Positions 8,140-17,891 of a stretch of DNA of 42,249 nucleotides are shown in pieces; within the stretch, counting starts at the first letter, position 1, and each line of letters begins with the position of its first letter. Under the pieces are notes generated by a model that saw only the letters and a program-made list of their open reading frames with translations, was not told the DNA's origin and ran no database searches. A program made the translations under genes and the position numbers. The stretch comes from a virus (Duplodnaviria; Heunggongvirae; Uroviricota; Caudoviricetes). The DNA lies in IMG/VR virus record IMGVR_UViG_3300021400_000028, positions 1 through 42,249 of that record; one strand, 5' to 3'.

Positions 8140-8604
8140 CTAGGATTCAAACTCAAGAACAGGATAAGTTACCATCCGCTCGACACCACCAAAGTTGCTC
8201 TTGCAGCGTTCGGTATTAACAACTTTAAGTGTCTTACCCAGAAGAGCAACACCAAGGTCATACGGATTATCAAACTTGTTGACAAAATCCGCAATCTTCG
8301 GGCTAATCAGATGTCCATCACCATTGAAGTCGGTGCGAGTGAAAGTACCCACGGCAATAGTACGATCCTTGCCGTTCACCTTAGCACCAAGATAGTACGT
8401 AACACGTACATCTTCACCTTCCTGCTGAGCCTGAGGCTGTTTGTACAACTCAACACTATCCCAAGGGAAAGTAATGGTTGCACCCATAGGCAACTGACTT
8501 ACACCAGTCAGATTAGCCTGCTTGCCTTCTTCTGCAGATACTTTTGAAACAGGACGCGCTTCCGATTCGCCGCGCATCCTAGGACGAATAAATTCGTTTG
8601 CCAT
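8140..8604 (-). CDS. GC-rich early protein, paralog of 9363..9848
   Basis: 154 aa; shares NGK, F.R..FNG, DL..L..GK and G..ER.V.Y.V patterns with 9363..9848. Confidence 0.8.
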   Translation of the reverse strand: MANEFIRPRMRGESEARPVSKVSAEEGKQANLTGVSQLPMGATITFPWDSVELYKQPQAQQEGEDVRVTYYLGAKVNGKDRTIAVGTFTRTDFNGDGHLISPKIADFVNKFDNPYDLGVALLGKTLKVVNTERCKSNFGGVERMVTYPVLEFES

Positions 8605-8793
8605 AATCTAAAAAATATTAAAAATTACACAAAATTGTGCTTCCTACAAAAAATATAAGGACTCGTTTACACCTTACTGTAGAGACTTTAAACTCACTCT
8701 ATCTTCATTACTGCATGATAGATGCCATCTCCTTTGTGCAGTAAACTAAACTGCCAAGATTGTTTTCTTTATACTCGATTCACACTTCGAGTC

Positions 8794-8848
8794 GCTGTTT
8801 CGTCTTAATTTGCAAAGACTCATCAGAGGACATCTACATCCTAACAGC
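8794..8848 (-). ncRNA. Type III hammerhead ribozyme
   Basis: Minus strand GCUGU-U^AGGAU-GUAGAU-GUCCU-CUGAUGA-GUCUU-UGCAAAUU-AAGAC-GAA-ACAGC: complete CUGANGA/GAAA core with three intact stems; GUU triplet, predicted cut between 8843 and 8842. Confidence 0.9.
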
Positions 8849-9338
8849 CTGGTTCTAAATATAAACCAGAAAGTTACCACGTCTTACACCATCGCACATA
8901 CAGTAAGTGGGACTGTATTGGTGGGCATCCTGGATTGTGCCAGGTCACTAAAATTTTAGCGTGCGAAGCCGAGACATTTCAATCGCCTATGAAATGCTAC
9001 TCTCCCAGAACCCTACTCCGACACAGTTATGCTGGTAGTTCACTGTGAAGCTGCTCCTGATTTTTTGAAATCATACACCAAGGAATAGAGCATACTCTCA
9101 GACTAGGAACAGAATCATCCTACCCTCTGCTCTATTGCGCATCCTTGGATAAAGCAAAATTATGTATACTCTTATGTGTTGGGCCAGGATAGGAGCCAAC
9201 TTTATACAGTATACCGTAGATACCGCTACGACGGAATTAAACATAAAATTTTAGCAGTATTTACTACTACTACATATTAGCATTGTCTTAGTCTCTATAT
9301 TGGAATTGTCTTAGTCTCCCTGTGTGAGAAGTAAAATA

Positions 9339-9366
9339 AAAAGTGGGGTAAACCCCCACTTTTTAT
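9339..9366 (-). terminator. Intrinsic terminator at the end of 9363..9848
   Basis: AAAAGTGGGG-TAAAC-CCCCACTTTT. Confidence 0.7.
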
Positions 9367-9848
9367 TTAACATCGAACACAGAGTATGCCACGGAGCGTT
9401 CTGCAGTTTGACCATACGGAACCTCCTTGTTGTAGATAATGTCCACGCAGACAATTTTCTTGCCTGCGTAGGCACCGCTCTTGTCAAGGACCGCATCGAG
9501 GTCACCAGCATCCCCACAGCCATTCAGCAACTGCTGGAACGGAGTGAGTTGCTTCATCTGCTCTTCGGTGAACCCGTTAAAGGGTCTCCGAAGGAAGATG
9601 CTGGCACTCACGCCACCTTCCACGGCCTTACCGTTGCGCGTGCCTTCGAAATAGGCATACTTACGGTCTTCATCGTGCTTCTTGCCGTTCCTGTCAGTCC
9701 AACCGCTCTCAATGGCGTACTTGCCAGTAAGCACAAATTCTGTGTCTTTTGCAACCTGTCCGGCGTTGCGACCGTTCACTCCCACGAGACTCCCCTCGCG
9801 AGCGAAAACACGCTCCATTGCCATATGTGTAATGAAATAGTTACGCAT
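9363..9848 (-). CDS. GC-rich early protein, paralog of 8140..8604
   Basis: 161 aa; visibly more GC-rich than the rest of the window; terminator at the stop codon. Confidence 0.8.
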   Translation of the reverse strand: MRNYFITHMAMERVFAREGSLVGVNGRNAGQVAKDTEFVLTGKYAIESGWTDRNGKKHDEDRKYAYFEGTRNGKAVEGGVSASIFLRRPFNGFTEEQMKQLTPFQQLLNGCGDAGDLDAVLDKSGAYAGKKIVCVDIIYNKEVPYGQTAERSVAYSVFDVK

Positions 9849-10098
9849 TGGTATAGTCTTAGTCTCGAAAATTTGAAAAATCAGACCCTCCCCCGGTCAA
9901 TGGATTTTCTGAATCGATTTCCCCATTCGCTAGGGCGGGGGTCTATATACATTAACACTTCTTACGTATGCATAACACACATATGTTTATAATCTATTTT
10001 GCCAACAACATGACAAATTTAACAAATGCTAACATATCTCTAATATTTTTAATTTCGCTAATTTTTATTAATTTTTTATACATCACCCGTCCTAAAAA

Positions 10099-10130
10099 TT
10101 TGGGAAATTAAATTATTTTTCGTATATTTG
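10099..10130 (+). promoter_or_regulatory. Bacteroidota primary-sigma promoter
   Basis: TTTG 10099-10102, 20-nt spacer, TATATTTG 10123-10130. Confidence 0.7.
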
Positions 10131-10167
10131 TAATGTAGGTTGAAGTTTAACTTAAAATAATAAATAT

Positions 10168-10582
10168 ATGAAAATAAACACAGAATTAATTTTTAGAGCC
10201 ATTTGCTCATCAACACACAATTTGTAAGAAATGTTATAACACATTAGATAGAAATCGAAGGTCTTATGCTGAAAGATTATATAAAAATTCTAAACATAAT
10301 TCAAAAAACTATAATGCACCATATGATTTAACAATGGAGTATATACAAGAATTATTAGAAAAACAAAACTACAAATGTGCATATTCAAGAATACCTTTTT
10401 CAAATGATAAAAAAGACAAATATACTTATCCAACAATAGATAGAATTGATTCTACAAAAGGTTATGTTAAGGGGAATGTTTGTATATGTACGCTTTTTGT
10501 TAATATAATGAAAAACAATGCAACAGTAGACCAATTCAAAGATATCATAACTAAAATATATAACAACAAAGACAACTTTTAA
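10168..10582 (+). pseudogene. HNH-type (endonuclease VII-like) homing endonuclease with a frameshifted 5' end
   Basis: Frame open from 10190 contains CKKC..., KCAYS, PTIDRIDSTKGYVKGNV and VNIMKN; the ATG behind the promoter (10168) is in another frame; first in-frame ATG is 10334. Confidence 0.65.
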
Positions 10583-10640
10583 TGAAGTTGTCTTTTTTGT
10601 ATATAACAAAAAAATCCTCAGCTATTGCTAAGGATTAAAA
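10568..10640. terminator. Pair of hairpins between convergent genes
   Basis: AAAGACAACTT..AAGTTGTCTTTTT and AATCCT..AGGATT. Confidence 0.6.
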
Positions 10641-12032
10641 TTATTTTCTAATATTAACAAAACCGTCTGGAACAATAGTGCCAACAAATGTATTACCTCA
10701 TGGAGCAGTTTTTCCAGAAATATTTGTATATGGAAAAGTAGTTTCCATTGTTCATGGTTTTCCTCCAATTAACGGTCCGACTTCAAAATTGGCAATTTTA
10801 CTATCAATTGCTTTTGTAATAGAATTTTTAGTAAGTTTATCTATAATATTATCAGCATATCTTGGAATTTCTACAAAATCAACATATGGCTCTCCATTGA
10901 TAACTGTAGATACATCTTTCACACCTGTACGATATATGTTTAATGGTCTATCTAATCACTTTGTTGTTTTACCAAGTATTGTCTTAGACTTATTACCCAT
11001 ATTACTTCAATATCCTTTATCATACATATAAGTACGTAATTTTTGTATTCTATCTCGTCATGTATCTGTACCAATATGTCTTTTTAATCGTTGATTAAGT
11101 CTATCAGAAATTACTCTATCACCAGAACGTTCAAATGGGTTCAAATCTCAAACATCCTTCATGTAGATATCTCCGTATTTATATAAATCTGTACCGGTAT
11201 TAATTTGATCAATAGGAAAATGAGCAACGTCATGTAAACCACCATGTGCGTGTGCTAAATAATCGCGTTTATTATCTATAAATACATGTGGATCATTAAT
11301 CTTCATCCCTAAAAATTTATCAATATTATAAGAATAAGTTCCATCTGCATTTTTAACATAAATCCCGTTTTTTGGAGTTTGTCCTGTGTATATAGCAAAA
11401 GCGTCTTCTCTTGCCAGTTTCATCATTTTTTGTTGATTTGGACGTGATTGTAATACACTTTTTATAGTTTCATCTTCTTTACGTGTCCCATTTCATACAG
11501 GTTTGTTATATTTTTTTTCTAGAAACATACTTTTTACAAACTCCTTACCACGACCAATTGGATCATCATAGCCATATGGAAATATTGTATTATAAGCGTG
11601 ATATCCACGATACGCTTTATTACCAATTTTTGCGGCTATTCTAACTGCGTCTCCAGCACCAATTAAATCCATACTATCTCCTAATCCAGATAATATTGCT
11701 TTACCATAATCGCCATTTTTTGTTAAACGAATTGTTTTAGATATACCATTATCTGTAGTAAGATTTCGTATTCCATCTGCAGTACCAACTATGTCTAATA
11801 TTCTCATTGCGGCAGGATTAGTAAAAACATACGGTGATAACGATACCGCTGTTGTAGCGAGTGTTGCAATTCCACGATCTTTATATATTTCATCTCTTTT
11901 TTCTTGTGTATCGGCAGCATTTGCTTGTTCTATGGTAGAATTTAAAATTCTTTCTCCAGCAGACTCTTCGCTTTGTGGTACATACTTACTAGATCAAGAA
12001 TTTAAACGTTGTAATCATTTTGGTATACCCAT
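10641..12032 (-). CDS. Modular polymorphic or cargo-like protein, 463 aa (TGA=Trp)
   Basis: One frame joins ORFs 11493..11807 and 11148..11426 through TGA only; Gly/Ala-rich helical N-half; C-terminal domain with HGG...YMKDVWDLNPF...EVGPLIGGKPW. Confidence 0.75.
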
Positions 12033-12058
12033 AATTAAAAATACTTTTTATTTTCCAC

Positions 12059-14158
12059 TTAATTTTGTTTAATTGCCTGTTGCGCGGCATTTGTGCTTAC
12101 AAATCCAGTAGTACCTGCTAAAACTGCGTCTCTATTTATAGGCACACGTTGCTTATTATACAACATTTGCAAATTATTTCAATGATTATAAGCATCATCT
12201 GCATTTTTTGTTGCAGCTTGAAATAAGGATTTTGCAGCATCTTCTTTCTTAGACATTTTCATTACAGTAGAAACTGGAGATTCTAAATCATTCATCAAAG
12301 ATACTGCGTTTGTTGCTTGACGAGCCTTATTATAAGTATGTGATGCTTTACTTGCTATTTTACTAGTTTCTTCTACAGCTTGTATTGCTGGTTTCATTGC
12401 TTTAAGTGTTTTACCAGCTTTTATTGCGCCAACTCCTGCTTTTGCTAATTCTCCAACACCAAAAATCGAAGCTACATCACCAATGGCAGATAATCCAGCT
12501 AATCCAATATTCTTTCAAGACGGATCTTTAATAGCATCTTTAATAGAATAATATGTTCCAACAACAGGAATTAAATATTTACCAGAATTTCAAATAGTGG
12601 AACCACTTTGAGCTTTTAAAATACCACCCTGTTTTATGTATCAAGGTTCTCCATTAGTCTTTGTATGTGTACTAAAGAATTTTTCAATCGCTTGTCACTT
12701 AGTTTGTGCAGGCAATTTATCAAATTGCTTTCTAGAAAGACCAATACTACCACTTGCGCCATTAAGTACTTGTTCTGGTTGTCTATTTACTTTTCAATTA
12801 TAATAATCTGTGTCTTTTATCAATGGTTCTATCTTATACATTATCGGTTCTTCCATAAGTATAGACTTATAAGAAGTCTTAGGTGCACTATAGGGTAAGG
12901 GCATTTCTCCAACAAATCTGTTGTCGATTTTAATTTCAGGATAACTATCAACAATACTATTATACCACGCTCTTAATTGTTCTGGATTTTCTCTAAAACC
13001 TCTTGCTTGATTTCTAGCTACGAATGTTTCAAAATTTGGAATGAAAGGCTTTCCAGTCAAAGGGTTATTTCCACGCAAAAGGCCTTTAGCAGAACCAAAT
13101 AAAGTTTTACCAGCGTTCTCAGTGTTCTGTGCCCAGTCTCTAATAAAGTTATTGAAAGCTTGCTGATATTCAGGACTATCTGTAATTTTAGGATCCTTTC
13201 AATCTAATCCTAACTGATTCGCAATATCTTTTCTTAATTGTTTATAACCAGGAACAACATCCAAATCAACTAATCCAGAGTCTGGATTAGCTTTGATAAA
13301 TGTTGATTTACCAGTAGTAGGACCTGCATATCTTACTTGACCAACACCGCCTAAATATTGAGGATTAGTTCCTTCAGTAACCATTACAACATCTGTTTGA
13401 GGAACAGCGTTATCTCTGATTCCTCTAAACTCAAATGCATCAGCTCCACGTTTTCTTCCGTATTTTACAATAGCATTTCGTGTATTATTCTTTTTACCAA
13501 GTAAACCTTTAACCTCTCCAGTCTGAATTAAAGGTTTTTGAGAAGTAACACTTCATCTACTTGCATATGGTCTACTTGCCATTGTACCAGTGGTATTAGG
13601 ACTATCTGCAAGAGTAAGTCAAAATCCATTAGGATCTGCTCCATGTGTAGTAACATCTCAGCGCTGAAAAGGGAATTGTACTTTTGTAAGTGGTGTTTTA
13701 GATTGGTGAATGCCAGTATATGTTGTAGGTTCTCCGAATTTTAATTTTCCAGTTCTAAGCGCATTTTGAATTGTGACATAATTATCAGCATTTTTCAAAG
13801 CTCTTCCTGCAGCTTCAACTACCTTTTCGCTAGCTTTTAGAGCAGCACCAGTTCCTTTTCCAACACTCCCTATCATTATAGGCATCATTATATGTTGAAA
13901 TTTTTCTTCTGGTGTTTTAACTTCACTTGCAGCATAAGCTGCCATAGGAATACTTGTTTGTGGAATTAATTCTCCAACAGTAGTAACAACTGGCAATACA
14001 TTATCGGTAACTCATTGATCTCCAACTCTTGCTGCATCCGCCTTTTGTTCTTGAGTCATTGAGTTATATCTTTCTTTACTTGTTTTTCATATATCTCGAA
14101 TGTTATTTATTCCATTATTTATAAGTTGTCCTCATAATGGTATTGTAGGTATCGGCAT
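12059..14158 (-). CDS. Polyvalent protein, 699 aa (TGA=Trp): ART-like domain, P-loop kinase-like domain and pre-toxin-TG-like helical domain
   Basis: Four ORF-track fragments fall in one frame; motifs GIHQS..GFWLT..RGADAFEF..DVVMV, AGPTTGKST..VDLD, KQGGILKAQSG and LIPVVGTYYSIKDAI. Confidence 0.75.
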
Positions 14159-14159
14159 A

Positions 14160-15455
14160 TTATTTAATAATTAAATTTCCAGGATTATTTGTACTATAAT
14201 TAATTCCTAATCCACTAAAGATAGAAGAGGGTGTTCCAGAAATAGTACCAGAAACATATTTCGATACACGTGGTGTATAATCTCCAGGTAATACTTGAAG
14301 AGATTCTTTAGTAAGTGCTTGTTCTTCAATTGTATTACCAATTGGTGCCTCTCCAGTAATAGAATATACACCAGTACCGGGTTGATATTTACCAAGTCTT
14401 CAACCAGATTGCATATCTTGAGTCCAATTATTAAAAGATTGTTGTTCATAAATATGTTTTGCATCTGGTCTAATAACAGATACGTTACGTTCTTTATTAT
14501 TTCATCAGATTGGAATAAATCCTGGCTTAAAAGGTAACGGATTACTTATAGGATTGCTAATTCCACCAGGAATTCACGCAGAATTTTTAAAATTTCAATT
14601 AGCTGAATTTCCAGAAGCTTCATTGGAAAATACACCTTTAACGGAGGTATTTGGTGTATAGCCGTTAGGTCTTCCAGCACGAACTGTCCCAGTCTTTCCA
14701 GAAGTTTTACTGCCTTCTTTAAATACACTACCAAATCCAGAAACTCTTCCACTTTCTCTTGGCGCAGGTATTGTTTGTCTTGTAAGTCCAGTAGTATTAA
14801 TCGCATTTTGAGCGGCTTGTCTGGTATTTGAAAATATAGTGGGAGCATTTCTTAATGCTGTTCCGCCTATAGCTCCGGCCACAACATCTGTGAGTAATGA
14901 ACGATATGGATGTTCATCTGTATATTCAGTTCCCATTATCGGGGTGTAATCGAATATATCTTTTATATCATATTCGTTTCTTCCAGACAATTCGTCATTT
15001 GCATAAGCAAGTCCTTTTTGCGCAGTAACTCCGGCTACATAGCCAACAGGATCAGTTAAAAATAATCCTAAATTAATTCCAGTTTTAGCAATCATGTTTG
15101 CTGCTTGATCGGTTGTTAATGTAATAGACTTTTGGTAAGCTGGAGTACGATATACTTCCGGAATTTCATTTAAGGTAATCTTGCCCTGCTTAAGAGCTAA
15201 TGCATAATTAGTAATGATCTGTTGACCTTGTTCTCCAAAATCAATATAATTTTTTGGAGCATTTTTATTTATTCGAGCAGGTTGTAGTGTATATGGATCT
15301 GAAACATATACGTCTTGATTTGGATTTATTGTAGGCAGTGCTTCTCTTGATAGTGGATCAACGCCGTTTCAATAAAGTAAATCGTTTAAATTCAAATTAT
15401 ATTTTCTAGCAATTCCAATCCACGAATCACCAGGTTGTACTTTATATGTAGGCAT
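14160..15455 (-). CDS. LysM-domain protein, 431 aa (TGA=Trp)
   Basis: N-terminus YKVQPGDSWIGIARKYNLNLNDLLYWN is a LysM signature with the W encoded by TGA; frame open to TAA 14160-14162. Confidence 0.8.
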
Positions 15456-15499
15456 ACTAATCTAATTTTAAATTAAAAATTCATCTTCTAAACTTTTCA

Positions 15500-15568
15500 C
15501 AAAGTTAAAATAATTTTTTAATTTTTCCAAATTTTATTTGCATTTTTCAATTTTTATTTTTAACTTTG
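15500..15568. promoter_or_regulatory. Divergent Bacteroidota promoters
   Basis: Minus: TTTG(15531-15528)-N20-TAACTTTG(15507-15500); plus: TTTG(15537-15540)-N20-TAACTTTG(15561-15568). Confidence 0.8.
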
Positions 15569-15639
15569 CAGTGCCATAATTTTAGAGATTAAACGTATTG
15601 ATCAACAAACTTATGTTTAACTTTTAAAATACTAATATT

Positions 15640-16062
15640 ATGGAAAATAATTCATTTACTTCAGAAAAATCTGTTAATCCTGCATTTTTAGCTAATAACT
15701 TTGGCTGAGGTTTTGGAGCAGGATCTCCGTTTAGTGGAAGTGTATTAGGATTTCTACTTGGCGCTTTATTTGCACCACTTAGTAGTTCTGTATCGATATA
15801 TCCAAGTCTTCCAGATGTTCCAGAAGGTACATGAGCTAAGTTTTATGAAGAAACTAAAGATATGTCATCAGAAGAACAAAAAGAAGTTATGAAGAAATAC
15901 TTTGATCCAGACGGAGTTATCGATAAATACTTCGAAAAACTAAAAGATCCAATCCAAGCAGCTAAACTAAACGCAAAATTAATTAAGGTTGATGCTAAAA
16001 TAGCAGTATTAAATAAGAAGAAACAAAGCATTGTAGATGAATGAGTTAATAGTCCTGTTTAA
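15640..16062 (+). CDS. Hypothetical protein with a Gly-rich hydrophobic segment, 140 aa (TGA=Trp)
   Basis: FGWGFGAGSPFSGSVLGFLLGALF; three TGA; ends in TAA within a terminator-like hairpin at 16048-16072. Confidence 0.7.
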
Positions 16063-16100
16063 AAGGACTATTTAATTGTTAATGTTTAAATTTATGTAAT

Positions 16101-17684
16101 ATGAAGAAATTGAAATTTATTTTAATTGCCGCTGTAGCAATGTTTACAGCATGTTCCAAAACTACAACTATTTACAATCCCGTAACAATCATAAGTAGAG
16201 GTTACGAACTTGGTAAACAGAATGAAAATGGGGAATATGGTATTTTCTTTGGAAATTATCGACCTTATACTAAGGCAACTTCTAATAATGGAATTTTTGT
16301 AGGTCCCAATGAGTGCGGATATGATTGGTTTAATATGTTTGCTTTTAAGGATGGTTCTGCCATTATGAATCCTTACAGAGTGGAATGGGATGGTTCATCG
16401 TGGACTTATTTGCTCAATGGACAGGAAGCTCAATTCTTTGATAAAAATTCTCGTGAACATAGCTTCATTGGCGTAATTTCTGAAACAACTCCCGTAAATA
16501 ATAATGGAACAGTAACTGTTGCTGCAGATGCTTTCTTAGATAATTCGGGTGAACTCAATACTCCGAAGGAAGTTTTATACAGCGTAACGAATGTTCCTAA
16601 TTCTGCATATAATGTTCCGGTCACTCTTAATTTCCAGCATATTAACGCTAAAATGTACATTGGTTTTGCATCTGACAGAAATGATACTGAAATCATTGAT
16701 TATACCCCTTATAATCCAGGTAGTCCTGCCAAAGATGCTTGGGATGAAACAGTTGAAGTTACAACTTATCAAACTGTAGCAAAACCAACTCCAATGCTTG
16801 GTCCTGTTATTGGAACTATTACAGATGAAGATATTAATTATATTAATAGTAAATATACATCTTCTCTGGGATGACTTAGTTATTATAGTTCTAATTCTAC
16901 TTTTACTGGACCTCTTGATGAAAATATGTGGGAATATTTAGTATCTAAACATCCTGAACTTACAAGTGAAGATTTAGAGAGTTGGGGAACATATGCCAAT
17001 AATCCTAATATGAGACTTGTCCACGTAGATAAGAGTGGTAAAAAATCAACAGATGGTGATAGTTATCGTGGTTGGTTTGTAAATGTACAGAATGTAAACT
17101 GGCAGGGTACAACCGTTACTACAACAGTTCATCACGATGCTGTTCCTGCGATTCCTGCAAGTGGTATTGAAAGCATTCGTGTATTTTCAGTAAATACAGA
17201 AAATGAAAAGTTTGTAATTGGACCGCACACAACTAATGCGAACGTAAATATTAATTCTACAGCAAATATTGTAAACGTTGGTTCTAGTTTAGATGTTATC
17301 ACGTTCCAGAAGCCAACCGGTCCTGTCGCATATTTCGCAACTAAAGAGGCTGTAATTCCATCTTCTTCTACTTTGTCTCCTTCTGTTTGGTATGCACTTC
17401 CAGTAAGCAATCCAACTTCTGGTTATGTTGTTAAGTTTTCATATACATATAACGGAGTTGACCATTACGATGCTCGTGTAAATATTCCTTTTGAAGATTC
17501 TGATTTTAAACCTGGCTATTATTATAAGTTCATTATTTACATTACAGATCATACAAATGGCGGTACTGATCCAGATAAAGCAAATAACGAAAAAGATGAT
17601 GTTGACATGACAGAATATCCAGTGAATATTAACGTGCACGTCACGAAATATGAAAGTGGTAAAGAAGTTGTTTATCAGCTTTAA
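16101..17684 (+). CDS. Fimbrillin (Mfa/type V pilin)-like lipoprotein, 527 aa (one TGA=Trp)
   Basis: Lipobox MKKLKFILIAAVAMFTAC; PVTLNFQH and FKPGYYYKFII motifs; two ORFs in frame joined across TGA 16872-16874. Confidence 0.75.
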
Positions 17685-17688
17685 TTTT

Positions 17689-17718
17689 AATAGCCAGCCT
17701 TTATAGGTTGGCTATTTT
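17689..17718 (+). terminator. Intrinsic terminator
   Basis: AATAGCCAGCCT..AGGTTGGCTATTTT. Confidence 0.7.
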
Positions 17719-17735
17719 ATTTTAATTTTATAAAT

Positions 17736-17891
17736 ATGGAAACAGAAGAATTGAGATTATTGCGAGAAAATAATTATATGTTAAAACAAATTCTTTCTTG
17801 CCTACAGAATACTAATTATGGAAAAGATTTTGTTGTTAACGTACTTGCAAATTTAACGGCAGATGGAATGCAATATGGAAAGAATTGATAA
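17736..17891 (+). CDS. Small hypothetical protein (51 aa)
   Basis: METEELRLLRENNYMLKQIL...DFVVNVLANL; ends TGA TAA. Confidence 0.6.

Noticed and set aside
9324-9992. 222-aa plus-strand ORF (also 8125..8547 and 8195..8395)
   Set aside because: Antisense shadows of GC-rich minus-strand genes; the minus genes are paralogous to each other and have terminators
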